NCBI GenBank assembly: GCA_001599295.1
Contig: BCGN01000002.1
Location: 1,860,001 to 1,924,000 of the forward strand
Direction: 5' to 3'
Length of the DNA: 64,000 nt
Origin: Sporopachydermia quercuum
Taxonomy: Eukaryota
The position numbers and the translations under genes were made by a program. Positions 23,289-34,553 of this stretch are shown piece by piece. The notes beneath the pieces were generated by a model. That model did no database searches. It saw only the letters and a list, made by a program, of their open reading frames with translations, and was not told the origin of the DNA. Position 1 is the first letter of the stretch. Each line of letters begins with the position of its first letter.

Positions 23289-24393
23289 ACTGCGGTTAGG
23301 GCGTGATTTAATTAGAGTATAGATTATAGTAGGAAACTTTAGAAAACTGGAAATTTTGTGGAAATATTTGTTTTACTGAAAATCTGCTGATAGAAGAATC
23401 TAATAAGTGGAATATGACACTACTCAGCTTAACCAGGTCTTTCCACATGATTACCTGCAGTGGATAGCTTGATGCCATCAGACATCCTGCATAACGATTT
23501 CAGCAGGCTGAATTTGGATATTCTTTAGAATCGTATCAATATATATATACAACAACGATAGTTGTTGAGACGTCAATTATGTATCTATCACTGTCGTACC
23601 TGAAAGAAGGACAAAGGCATATGATAAGGCCAATCAATGCATGGCTATGCAACGTCCTGTATATTAATGAAATATCATGTAAAACGGGCATAGCGTTTAG
23701 ACTCTCTATTCATTGCCCTCTTTTATATTTGTACAGATCAACATCTCTTGTAGAAAAGATAACAATTCAGTTCATAATTACTTTTTTACCACTATCCAAC
23801 GTAAGAAAAGTACTTTTGTTGCACTGTCCTAAATCAGAATACGCAGCCCGTAGACCATTCACTACACCTCCTTTTTGCCATCAGGCCTACCTTATCCTAA
23901 ATTGCAATTGCAAGCTCTGGCCTTCAGAAGATCTATAGCGATGTGTAAGCTGCAACTTTATTTCCCAATCCGCTTAGACGTTAGATTTCTCTCTTACTTG
24001 TTTGCCACCAACTTTATTCTATAACTCAAACCCTATTAATGTTTGTAAANTGTATACATGTAAACCTTTATTCTTCAATTTTAACCTTATTGTTCCAATC
24101 TTATTTCCCATCTTGAATAGTACCTTTTTGTAATAATCTGTCTTCATTTGTACTATCTCTAATAATACAAAAAGATGACTCCCTCGGACCAAGAGCATCT
24201 TGAGATGAAAGCCCACCAGATAAGATACTGAACAGAGGACGACCTACAGTGGATCAAAATTAGATATCTAGAGGATTATCAAAGCGTTATTCCAGTTTTT
24301 TTGACCTGCCAGCGCAGATTCAAAATCAATTAAATATTTACGTAATATTGAAGTGGAACTGTTACTAGAAGTGTATTTACTACATGATTATAT

Positions 24394-24415
24394 GTCAGCC
24401 ATACGTCAGCCATAC
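24394..24415 (+). repeat. Tandem 11-bp duplication (GTCAGCCATAC)x2
   Basis: Seen directly, about 520 bp upstream of the Zn2Cys6 gene. Confidence 0.8.
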
Positions 24416-24929
24416 ACAGAAGTGTTGTTTATCTACAGGTCATCATATGCTTTGAGTATTCATTCAATAAGCTGTTACAACTGCAGAAGTCTCTGTTATT
24501 TTGATACCGGAGGTTAAACGGTTGCAATCTAATTTACCAACAAAAGAAATAGGAACTGGCGACCGCTCACCGAACAGCGAAGTTGAACTACTCAGTCAAT
24601 TTCTACTGTTTGTACTCTATTCCTAGTATGTTGTTATTAGTAGCAAGGTAATGGTGGAAAAGCTTTCAGTTCTTCAAAACATTTGATTGAGTAAATTGAG
24701 ATACTCCTATAGGTTTCTAAAGGGGATCGTGTTGAGCAAGTCAACTAGAAGAGATTAAAACTGTACATTGAATATCAAAGGATTGAAATAATTAATCATA
24801 ACATTCAATCAACAATCTTATTCTACCTATAGTTCAGAAAGCAATAATAACAGCAACACGGAGAAAAGATAGTTTATATACATCAGTTGTAAATTATAAA
24901 CTATCCTCTTTCTTCATTTTAACACCATT

Positions 24930-27900
24930 ATGCCCAACAACGACTCTTTGACCAATCGGCAGATGGACGTTGATGGGTCATCTTCAAGCTCAACTTCTAA
25001 ACAGCAATGTCAACAGCAGCCTAAAAAATGCACTCAAAAGAAGCAGAATTCNTCAAAACCGCACACAAAGTCTACCAGACGGATAGGCTCTTCTTGTAGT
25101 GTTTGCAGAAAGAGAAAAGTTATGTGTGACCGAACAAAACCATTATGTCAAAACTGTATCAAATATAAAGTACAACACTTATGTACCTATAAAGATAAGA
25201 ATGGGAAACTAGAAACAGAAGACGAACGAATTATCAATGAGAATAATCAACTAAGAGCTGAAATCAGCAAACTAAAATTTCAACTGGTATCGAAACAACC
25301 AAAAGGATATAGCAGTGTCCTCTTAACAAGTTCTACCTCGAATGGAAGCTCTCCTACTTCCACTGAGGGTATTTCCATTCAATTTGATAGTAAAAAATAT
25401 ACTGGAGGCATTGGTATGTTATCTCCAGGTCTTAACTCGTCACAGCTCTCTGGGAACGCCTATGGAAGTGCTTTGAGTTCCTGTGATTTAAGTGGAAGCA
25501 GTTCGGCTGCTTGTGATCCACTTGGTCATGACCCTCATTTGCCCTTACCAACGAAATTCCAACTGCTGAAAATCGTTAATGGTGATCCTAGATCTTTTGG
25601 CGCCACTTCTCGTAAATCTTTGTTCTTCAACGACAAAGCTCTACTAAAACTTTTCAATTCCATGCAGAATTCAAAATCTAATACTGAATTCAAAGGAGCC
25701 AGCTGCAAATCAACCGCAGAGAATCATTGCTATACCGAGAACCAGCAAGATATCTTTCGGCTGGTTGAATCGCTGCTCCCACAAGCTGACTGTGCTTTTC
25801 TTATCTTGCAATGTTTCTTTGAAACATACTATCATTTTTTACCTATAATTGATAAAAGTCTGTTCCAAGAAGAACTAGTTCGTATAGCAACAGTTCGAAA
25901 CAACCGTTTCAATCTTGTTCTACAAAGACGTGGTGATGCTATCACTCTTTGTTTATTTTTAATTTTTCTACGAATAGGCTATGTTGCTTTAGGTGCGTAC
26001 ATGGAAGGAAACTCACTAATTTTTGAAAACGACGATTCTTCTGAGAACAAACGCAGGGCACTCACTTTACAATTCCTGAAAGCACGAAATGTTGAAATAG
26101 GCGCTGAGTATTCTGAATGGATCCGCCAAGTATTAGAGGCAAGCCATATAGAACTGCAAGCGAGTATACCGTTGATTCAACTTTTACTATATATGAGAAT
26201 ATATCTCTATATTGCTCCAGAGAACCAATTCAATGAGGACGATGATGCAGTTATCATTCAAGGTGTTGTCACAAGACTTGCTCTTTCAGTTGGTTTAAAT
26301 AGAGACCCTGATAACTTCCCTCAGATCAAAGATGAGCGCTTGAAGTACGTGTGGAGGAAATTATGGCATATATTAAGCAACTTGGAAATTGAAGCTGTTT
26401 TTCGTATGGGAAGACCAGCTTTCACAGAAAGTTACCTCTGCGATACAAAGGTTCCCACGGTACTTGCAGAAGATGCGGAAGATGAATTTGCTATTGAAGA
26501 AGTACGACAATTGCGTAATGTTAGTACTTGGACAAACACGTTCAGAGAAACAATGCGAATGTGTTTGAATCTAAAGAGAGAAAGAACATGCTCAGAACTA
26601 GAAGCGCAATGCGAAAAAGTTAATAAGATTCTAAATANCTTATTACCTACCTTTGAACAAATCGTTGAAGACAGCAAGACTAAACAGTCAACCCTAGAAA
26701 AGTTGTCAAGAGTGAGATCCACTCTCATGAGAACAGAATTACTCTTGCATAACTATATGGTGTATCATATTCTATTTCTTAACTGTGAACGACAAAATTT
26801 ATCCACTGAAGTCACTGGTAGATACGTCAAAGAAGCCATCAAAGTATCCTGTATGTTTTTATCGATTGTTGATGCTTCCCTCCGTAATGGACATTCAATA
26901 TTTGGATCGCAATTCCTTTCATTTCTTGCCCCCATTTTCGTTAAGAATGCCAAAGGACCTATCAAGCTGTTGATATCAATTCTTGCGAGATCGAAATCAA
27001 AGACGTTGTGTAAAACTATTCCACCTCTAGACGAACTATGGAGCAATTTGGACGGTGACAGTCCAAGAAGTAGTGAAGAATCAACAGGACTTGGATTTTT
27101 ATTAGCAAGAATAGGAGAATTCTATGAGTATTGTCAAGTGCTGGGTAAAAGTTACAATTTTACTAATCAGGTGACTATAATAATGAGGGTGATAATGACA
27201 GAAATAGCCAATTTAAAGGAGAACGTGACCCCTACTCTAACTGATTCTAATGTGAATCCTTTGCCAGGAATATGTAAAGTTGATGAACGTATTTTTGTTG
27301 ATGGCAACGTAGTGCATGAGCAGAATTGGGGTGATAGTAGTATAAACAGGGAAAGAAGTATGAAAGAGGATAATGGCAGCGTTGATTGTTACCGTAATAG
27401 TAGTAATAGTGGAACGAAATATAGAGGACGAGATAAAACGAGAGATGGAGAATTCAGCAATACTTTTAGTGATAATATTGGTGGGAGTATTGGTGATAAT
27501 TTTGGAATGAGATATAACGTTGATGTTGAAACGAATACTCAGAGTTTTACTGCTGCTATGTCTGGTGATGCTAAAATGAATGCTTCTGAATCTATNTATC
27601 AGTATCCATGTTCTGATACTGCGAATCCCGTTGATGTTGTAAGTGGTTCAAATGCTGGATTTTTCCCATTACAAGAGAGTGATAGTCATTCTATCAATGA
27701 TTGTGTGAACGTACAACCACCGTTTGAAGTTAAAGATAACGGAAGTTTTAATCTTGGTTCCATGTCTTCTCCGTTTTCTCAGGATCAGCCATTTCCGAAA
27801 TACGAAGGTAGTTCCGGAATTGATGCTTCCAACACTAATAATACCATCCCTAACCATAATCTTAACAATGAGCCTGTGCCAGCTTTTTACCCAAACGTAG

Positions 27901-28079
27901 AAACGGTGAAATCGGGTATTGAAGATTTGGTTACTGATTGGACCAACAGTTCGTTCTGGTATGATGCGTTTCAAGAAGCAGGGAAAGGAGGACAAGAAGA
28001 TGTTGATAGGGATTGGCTGTTAAGAGATCCTTATGTTGATCTCATGATTCAAGATACTGGTAATTTGGATTGGTTATGA
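24930..28079 (+). CDS. Zn(II)2Cys6 transcription factor (Oaf1/Mrr1-like architecture)
   Basis: CSVCRKRKVMCDRTKPLCQNC..C zinc cluster, coiled coil, GLNRDPDNF..WRKLW middle region, acidic C-terminus. Confidence 0.9.
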   Translation: MPNNDSLTNRQMDVDGSSSSSTSKQQCQQQPKKCTQKKQNXSKPHTKSTRRIGSSCSVCRKRKVMCDRTKPLCQNCIKYKVQHLCTYKDKNGKLETEDERIINENNQLRAEISKLKFQLVSKQPKGYSSVLLTSSTSNGSSPTSTEGISIQFDSKKYTGGIGMLSPGLNSSQLSGNAYGSALSSCDLSGSSSAACDPLGHDPHLPLPTKFQLLKIVNGDPRSFGATSRKSLFFNDKALLKLFNSMQNSKSNTEFKGASCKSTAENHCYTENQQDIFRLVESLLPQADCAFLILQCFFETYYHFLPIIDKSLFQEELVRIATVRNNRFNLVLQRRGDAITLCLFLIFLRIGYVALGAYMEGNSLIFENDDSSENKRRALTLQFLKARNVEIGAEYSEWIRQVLEASHIELQASIPLIQLLLYMRIYLYIAPENQFNEDDDAVIIQGVVTRLALSVGLNRDPDNFPQIKDERLKYVWRKLWHILSNLEIEAVFRMGRPAFTESYLCDTKVPTVLAEDAEDEFAIEEVRQLRNVSTWTNTFRETMRMCLNLKRERTCSELEAQCEKVNKILNXLLPTFEQIVEDSKTKQSTLEKLSRVRSTLMRTELLLHNYMVYHILFLNCERQNLSTEVTGRYVKEAIKVSCMFLSIVDASLRNGHSIFGSQFLSFLAPIFVKNAKGPIKLLISILARSKSKTLCKTIPPLDELWSNLDGDSPRSSEESTGLGFLLARIGEFYEYCQVLGKSYNFTNQVTIIMRVIMTEIANLKENVTPTLTDSNVNPLPGICKVDERIFVDGNVVHEQNWGDSSINRERSMKEDNGSVDCYRNSSNSGTKYRGRDKTRDGEFSNTFSDNIGGSIGDNFGMRYNVDVETNTQSFTAAMSGDAKMNASESXYQYPCSDTANPVDVVSGSNAGFFPLQESDSHSINDCVNVQPPFEVKDNGSFNLGSMSSPFSQDQPFPKYEGSSGIDASNTNNTIPNHNLNNEPVPAFYPNVETVKSGIEDLVTDWTNSSFWYDAFQEAGKGGQEDVDRDWLLRDPYVDLMIQDTGNLDWL

Positions 28080-28948
28080 CTTGTCAATAAGCACTAGAAC
28101 TTGACTGATGGAAGCATTTCGTGTATTTATTGAAGAGGTGCCTAGGTTTGTTCTATCATTGTGTTGTCTCTATTGATAATACCATAAATGAAACAAGCTA
28201 TTAGCTATCTAAAAGNAAANTAGAGAACAAATATGCACAGAAAAGTTTTATTTCCCTTGTTGTAACTAATAATGTTTATATTGGATTTTATCCACAATAT
28301 TAAGGAAATTCATTTCTTGCAATTTATATGGTTTGGAAAACATATGAATGTACTAAGAACTGGATGGGATATATTGAGTAAGTATAATATAATTTGCATT
28401 GAAAAGCGATACACAGGAAACAATATTTAGTAAATGAGTTATGATCTATTATGGTATTATATATTGAATATCTGGTGGTAGACATGCCAGAAGTCCAATA
28501 AGAACCATTAATTTATGAAACGTATATATGTAGTATATAATGTGTAATTGTGCAATTTGTAAATAGTGGTAATAGAAACGATACATATTGTATACATATT
28601 GTATAAACGCTGTATGAAAACTAATCTAACTGCTTTACAAAACTGTGAAACTATTGAGTTAAATCATTCAATTATGCTCCAAGCTTCGGTGAAGCAATCT
28701 GATATCAGCATACAATATATATGTATATCACTTGCTAAATGACATTTTTCTCCTTCGATGCATTCTCTTAATTCACTATTGAGAACAGGTATTGCAACGA
28801 AAATTCTAATAAACAGTTCTCGATTAGCTGTGAGCATTGCTGCCGTATTCTAACCCCTTTTTACTCTAACCCTTATTTGCATCAAAAAGATTACACCTAT
28901 AATAAGATCCTCCTAGATCTTTACTTTCCTTTTCCTTAATAATCTCCA

Positions 28949-31287
28949 CTAGTAAGCAAGAAAACCTTCATCAACGTTGATATCAACATTCCTTCTGAAC
29001 TCATTGATAAAATGCTTTCTGTCTGGTATTTTACCAATGAACACAAGCACTGATGGTAGATTTTCTTTGTTCATTGTTTCATCGCAATTACAACTATCAT
29101 CATGTTGATGTTGCTGCTCACAATCATGTTCATGCATATGCTGATGCTTATGTTCGCGTCTTTTTTCATTCTGTTCAATTGGTATTACATCATATGTATT
29201 TCTAACACCTTGTATAACAAAACTACTAGGGGTACCATCACTGGTACCACCACTAGCATCGCCAATAGTATTATTACTATCACCATTACTACTACTAACA
29301 AGTTTCCCTTTCACCCTGTGAATGTCTAAATTTTTGGCAAAATCATCTTCATCGCCATAAGTTTTCCATAAAATTCTTTGCAAGAATCTTTCAATTGAGT
29401 CAATTGTCGCTGCAGGCAGTGAAGGAAGCCTTATATTCAATGTTGTAATAAGCTATAATAAAGGAAGAACTGTTAGTAAATGCATAGAGTATGATAGGGT
29501 TCAGAAAATACAGGTTTTAGTGATGACCAGTGATAGTTAGCGATTAATGAGTTGTTGTTAGTGAGTTGAGTTTTAGTGCATTTAACGAAATTTTAATAGG
29601 GTTTGTTAACTGGGAGGCTCATAAGTCCTACTAAACAGACTGAAAAATGACTGGTCTAAATATTCGATAATCTGGTGATATCTCGAATGTGCAAGTAGGT
29701 AGTACTACAGTTGTTCTTTGTTAATCTTTCGAGAGGTAGTGAAAAAGAAAGATTGTGAAAATGATTGTATCTGTAAATTACTGAATTTTGCTGATTATAG
29801 CAGCCACTCCTTTTCCTGCTGTCTTTGGCTATTTCTATTAGCTGATTCTCCATGAGTATTTGCAGCTTCAATGATGATTGCTGATAATTTCACTCATTGA
29901 GCAATTGTGAAGCTATAACAGCTTCTGTCAGAAACACCAAAGCGTGAAACAACACGGTAGTAATGGTTTAATGCTATCTTAGAACATCAATAGAGAAAAA
30001 GACTCTCTGGAAACGATATCCAACAAAGAGAATGACAGNTCTGGTGAAGATATATCCACGTANTATCTTTCCTTTCTACTGTTGGCTTCATTAGAAAGGG
30101 AAGACCTGCTATATCTTTAAGCTATTGAGCCAGGAATCGCACATTTTCATTCTTTGTAGCAGAGCAATTTCGTTAAGTAGTAACTTTCACTTTGTTCTCA
30201 CTTTTTCATCACTTTAAATATCATAGGCTCACCCAGGCAATCTCTCTTCCTATTTCCATACTTACAGGATCGTGAACCACAGTCTTGACATTGAACTTAT
30301 TGCTACTATCATCACTACTTCTCTCATAGTAATCAAAATCATCATAAGCATTCAAATCAAGCAATTTCTCCACTTCGACATTTCCATAAGAGCATTCTAT
30401 CATTGTAGCAACAGAGTTAATACTCCTTATCTTGTTTTTCACTTCTTCTTTTGTGACAGTATTGTCAGTATTCACTTTATCAATCTTATTTATAATGATA
30501 ATATCGGCAAGCGCAATCTGTAGATGCGCAGTTGATATCCCCTGTTGCTTATAATCATTATCAACTTTTTGGTCATCTTCCTCTTCGTTCCCAGCATTGA
30601 CATCATCCAGGCATTTCAGAATATGTTGAGCATCAATAACAGTAATGATGCCATCCAAATATATACTTGATTTCAAACCAGGATCTAACCAAAACATCTT
30701 AGAAATTGGACCGGGATCAGCAATTCCTGTTGTTTCTAATAAAATGTAATCAAACTTTCCTTTCTTTGTCATTAAGTCTTCAATTGCTTTCACTCCAACA
30801 TCTCTTAGTTCTGTTAGTAGGAAATTAAGAACGATGATATCTTAAAGAAAAGATAAACAAGATCATATTATTATACGAAATCTTCAGCTAATTAAATTAG
30901 AACTAATAATAGAAAAGTAAGTACATACTTCACAGCGCAGCATAGACATCCGTTGCCCAAATCCAACCATTCATCATAGACTTTCTCTCCATCACGAACA
31001 GATAGTGCTTTTTCTATATCATTTGAATCACCAAACTCATTCATGATAACAGCAATCTTCTTACCGCCCTTTCTTGCAATATTATCAAGCAGCGTAGATT
31101 TCCCTGATCCCAAGTACCCAGTAATTATTGTCAAAGGTACTTTTTTATCATCATCAGCAGATGACCCGATAGGTCTGTCTATAGCAGAATTGATCACCTT
31201 CTTTTCAGGTAAGAAAGCTTTATTCATGAAAATGTCTTCGGGAACTTCGTTCAAATCCTCGACGAGATCAGGAATATCGTCGGCCAT
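28949..31287 (-). CDS. ZNG1: COG0523/CobW Zn-regulated GTPase metallochaperone; exons 31287-30929, 30803-30266, 29452-28949
   Basis: GYLGSGKS, NEFGD, GCLCC (CxCC), LETTGIADP, NKID, N-terminal IPDLV. Introns 30928-30804 and 30265-29453 join all three ORF pieces in frame. Confidence 0.88.
29453..30265 (-). other. Long (813 nt) spliceosomal intron of ZNG1
   Basis: GTAAGT donor at 30265; TACTAAC, a pyrimidine tract and TAG ending at 29453; junction reads HDP|LITTLNI. Confidence 0.8.
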
Positions 31288-32026
31288 TGTTATAATAATC
31301 TACTTTTAACATTAATCTCAATATTCCAATTGATAACATAGCGTTTCCTATCTTCATTTCGTTATTATAACAACAACTTGGAATCTAACAAAAAATATAG
31401 TATCAGATGAAGTAAAGTGAGGAATAAAACTAAATGGAATAGCAAAATTTCAATTTTAAAGTTATTTAGTTTTTAGCTTTCAGCAAAATACGAATTTTTA
31501 GCATCAACTTAAATCAAACTTGCATGATATTCATTGAACTTTAATGAAGATCCGTTTCTCCAGTACTCTCTCATGCAAAAACTACGCCACCTGCATATTC
31601 CTACAGTACACGAGCTAATATCGGTTACCGGAACCAACTTTGCTTAACANGCGTATTATCAATCACGTAACCAGAAATTAGCCAGCAGTTGCCCGCGCTT
31701 TTTCATTCATTGCTTGTCATTTTATCATATAGTAAAGTTGTGATGATACAAAGATAAGGGAAAAATTCGGTTAATGGGGAGAAGCAGTTATTTTTCTTTT
31801 CTGATTAGCTTTGAGGTTTCAGCTGCAGTTTCAAATAAATAGGATACTTTATCCGAAATACCAGCAGGATACTTAATTTTTCTTCCTTTCTACNGTCACA
31901 AGCAAAAGGGTCGAGCTCTCTGTTTGCAATTCACGGAAGTGTATTGAACCAACGATCAACTAACCAACTAAATAATTTGAAGAAGTAGTCTATCAACTTT
32001 GGATCAGTAATAAATTAAGTTCCACG

Positions 32027-33826
32027 ATGATTGACTTTTTAGGACCAACCCTTATTCTTCTAATCCAATCGTATATGGTTTGGACCCCATATACCAAGGT
32101 TGAAGAATCATTCAACATGCAAGCAGGATATGATCTGATAAATTATGGTGTTTTCAACTTGTATAAGTTTGACCATTTTAAATTTCCGGGTGTTGTTCCA
32201 AGAACGTTTGTGGGAGCAACTTTTTTCAGTTTCTTCAATTGGCTTGTAGCTAAGTTCTTCGCTGGTGAAGATGAAGCAACACAATTGACATCTCAAATGA
32301 ACTATAGAGCATTATTAGGAGTAAGTAATGCAATTGCTTTAGTTAACTTGAGATATGCTATTGGAAGCAAATGTACTCGAAGAGATGAAGAGGGAAGAGT
32401 TGTTGAAGGTAAATATGTCAAGTTTTGGTATGGATTCATGCAATTCTCTCAATTCCATATTATTTACTATAGCTCTCGATATTTACCCAACTTCATTGCC
32501 CTGCCTCTTACAAATTTAGCATTGTCGTTGTTTTTGTATGATCATATACAAGCAGCATTTACTTTACTGTTCTTCACAGGAGCAGTTTTCAGAGCTGAAG
32601 TTTTACTGTTTGCTGGTTCAATTGGATTCTTCTATATTATGAACAATAGAATAAGAATCCTACATATGATGTTGTATGCGTTCACTGGCGTTTCTCTTGG
32701 AGTCTTAGCATGTCTAGTTGTCGATGCTCATTTCTGGAGCACTACTTTTATGGTTCCAGAGTTTCATGCTTATATTTATAACGTTATTGATGGAAACTCT
32801 TCAAATTGGGGTGTCGAACCATTCATTGCTTACTTTGTTAGATACATACCAACCCTCATGATTTCACCTGCTATGATGCCTTTGAACGTTGTTGGTTATA
32901 TCAAGGATAAGTCTCAAAATAACAATGCCAGAGTCTTGTTACTTGGCTCTCTGTTATTTGTCTTCATTTTCTCTTTCTTACCTCACAAAGAATGGAGATT
33001 TATTATCTATACTGTGCCAGTATTCACGATGGTTGCAGCTCAAGGAGCCTCATATCTAACTGAGAAGTCTGCTACTAGTCTTGCCCATAAATTAATTGTT
33101 GGCTTTGTTGGTATTTTAACTTTTTCCTCCTATTTTATTTCTTTATTTATGATGTACTGTTCAAGTTGGAATTATCCTGGTGGAACTGCTGAAGCTGCAT
33201 TCAATAATTACATAATTGACACTTATGGCAATAGCACTACTCCAGTAGAAGTGACAGTTCATTTGGACGTTCCTGTTTGTATGACAGGTGCTACATTGTT
33301 TAATCAAATCATTCCTGGTTGGCATAATATCACGGTTAATTATGATCGTGCTGAACAATACGAAGAAATTCAAGGCCAATGGGACTCGTATGACTATTTG
33401 ATCACTGTTGTTAATAACGGAATGCCAGAGAATGTTACTTCAGCGTTTGCTGATGCTGCTGATTTTAAACAAGCAGCAAAAATTTTGCCAAATCCTAAAA
33501 ATGGCGAGTGGGTTAAAATAAAATCTGTTCAAGGTCTTGTTCAAGTTGACACACAACCATTCAGTAGCTTCCTTATTGATCTTATTGGTGAATTCCGTGA
33601 ACGTATTTCTACTGGCCCTTTACAAGATAGATTGCCTCAATTGATAAATGTTCTTAATGACGCTTTGTCATATGATAGTGTTGTGAATTGGGGTACTGAA
33701 TTACTCCATAGGGTTGTTCTTACTGATGATATTGCCTTCGTCTACAAGAAGTTAGAGCGAAAGCCTTTGTCGGCCTCGGATAAGGATTATGTTGAGCTAC
33801 ATGATGTAATTCAAGGTCTTATGTGA
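32027..33826 (+). CDS. ALG12: Dol-P-Man alpha-1,6-mannosyltransferase (GT22)
   Basis: PYTKVEESFNMQA, DHFKFPGVVPRTF, PHKEWRFIIY, NYPGG, VHLDV..CMTGATLF. Confidence 0.92.
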   Translation: MIDFLGPTLILLIQSYMVWTPYTKVEESFNMQAGYDLINYGVFNLYKFDHFKFPGVVPRTFVGATFFSFFNWLVAKFFAGEDEATQLTSQMNYRALLGVSNAIALVNLRYAIGSKCTRRDEEGRVVEGKYVKFWYGFMQFSQFHIIYYSSRYLPNFIALPLTNLALSLFLYDHIQAAFTLLFFTGAVFRAEVLLFAGSIGFFYIMNNRIRILHMMLYAFTGVSLGVLACLVVDAHFWSTTFMVPEFHAYIYNVIDGNSSNWGVEPFIAYFVRYIPTLMISPAMMPLNVVGYIKDKSQNNNARVLLLGSLLFVFIFSFLPHKEWRFIIYTVPVFTMVAAQGASYLTEKSATSLAHKLIVGFVGILTFSSYFISLFMMYCSSWNYPGGTAEAAFNNYIIDTYGNSTTPVEVTVHLDVPVCMTGATLFNQIIPGWHNITVNYDRAEQYEEIQGQWDSYDYLITVVNNGMPENVTSAFADAADFKQAAKILPNPKNGEWVKIKSVQGLVQVDTQPFSSFLIDLIGEFRERISTGPLQDRLPQLINVLNDALSYDSVVNWGTELLHRVVLTDDIAFVYKKLERKPLSASDKDYVELHDVIQGLM

Positions 33827-34553
33827 GTTTAGGGGAATTTAATTGTGGTATGTGCTTCTGTGGGTGTGAACAATAATAATAGCAATAAGAGTGATATAGA
33901 ATCCAATAGGGTGTTTATCCTATGTTCTGTATCCATGTCAATGTATATATATTCCTATGTAATTTTGTTTACTACTCTAATTATGATATTCAGATATTAA
34001 GACTACTCGCATCGATCAAAGCCCAGCATTTCTTGAATATTCACTACTCAAAGGACGTGTAAATCAATTCACACATCTCATGGTCACCTCCATAAATCAA
34101 TCTATCAGAATAATCTAGACCCTTGTTTTATACATAATCAATCCCCAGTTCCTATTTAGACCCTCTAGAACAAATAAATCCTTTTACACCCAACCCTCGA
34201 TCTTTCCACTGCCCGCTTTTCACATGTTAATATGTATGTGTCTTTCAGCACACAAATGTATTCAATTGACTTTTCTGTTCTTGCACATAAGGGAGTTGTA
34301 TGGTAGGTAAATCAGTTATCACTTGAACTTTCCTGATCCCTACTCTTCTATCCCATCCTGTTAATGCTAGAGATAGTAATCAAGTTGTTATTCCAAAATA
34401 ACTGTTTGTTTGAAACTACAATCAAACGGCTGAGCTAGTTCAACACAATAAAACGTTTAAATACGTAGGTGGGCCTCATTTGTCAGTACAGGAATAAGAA
34501 GGGAGATTATAGAATACATGCCAAAGTAAGGCTAATTCATAGCGAGTAAAAGG

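Noticed and set aside
28848..28875. TAACCC-like motifs (also near 14763) as telomeric repeats
   Set aside because: Isolated and non-tandem.
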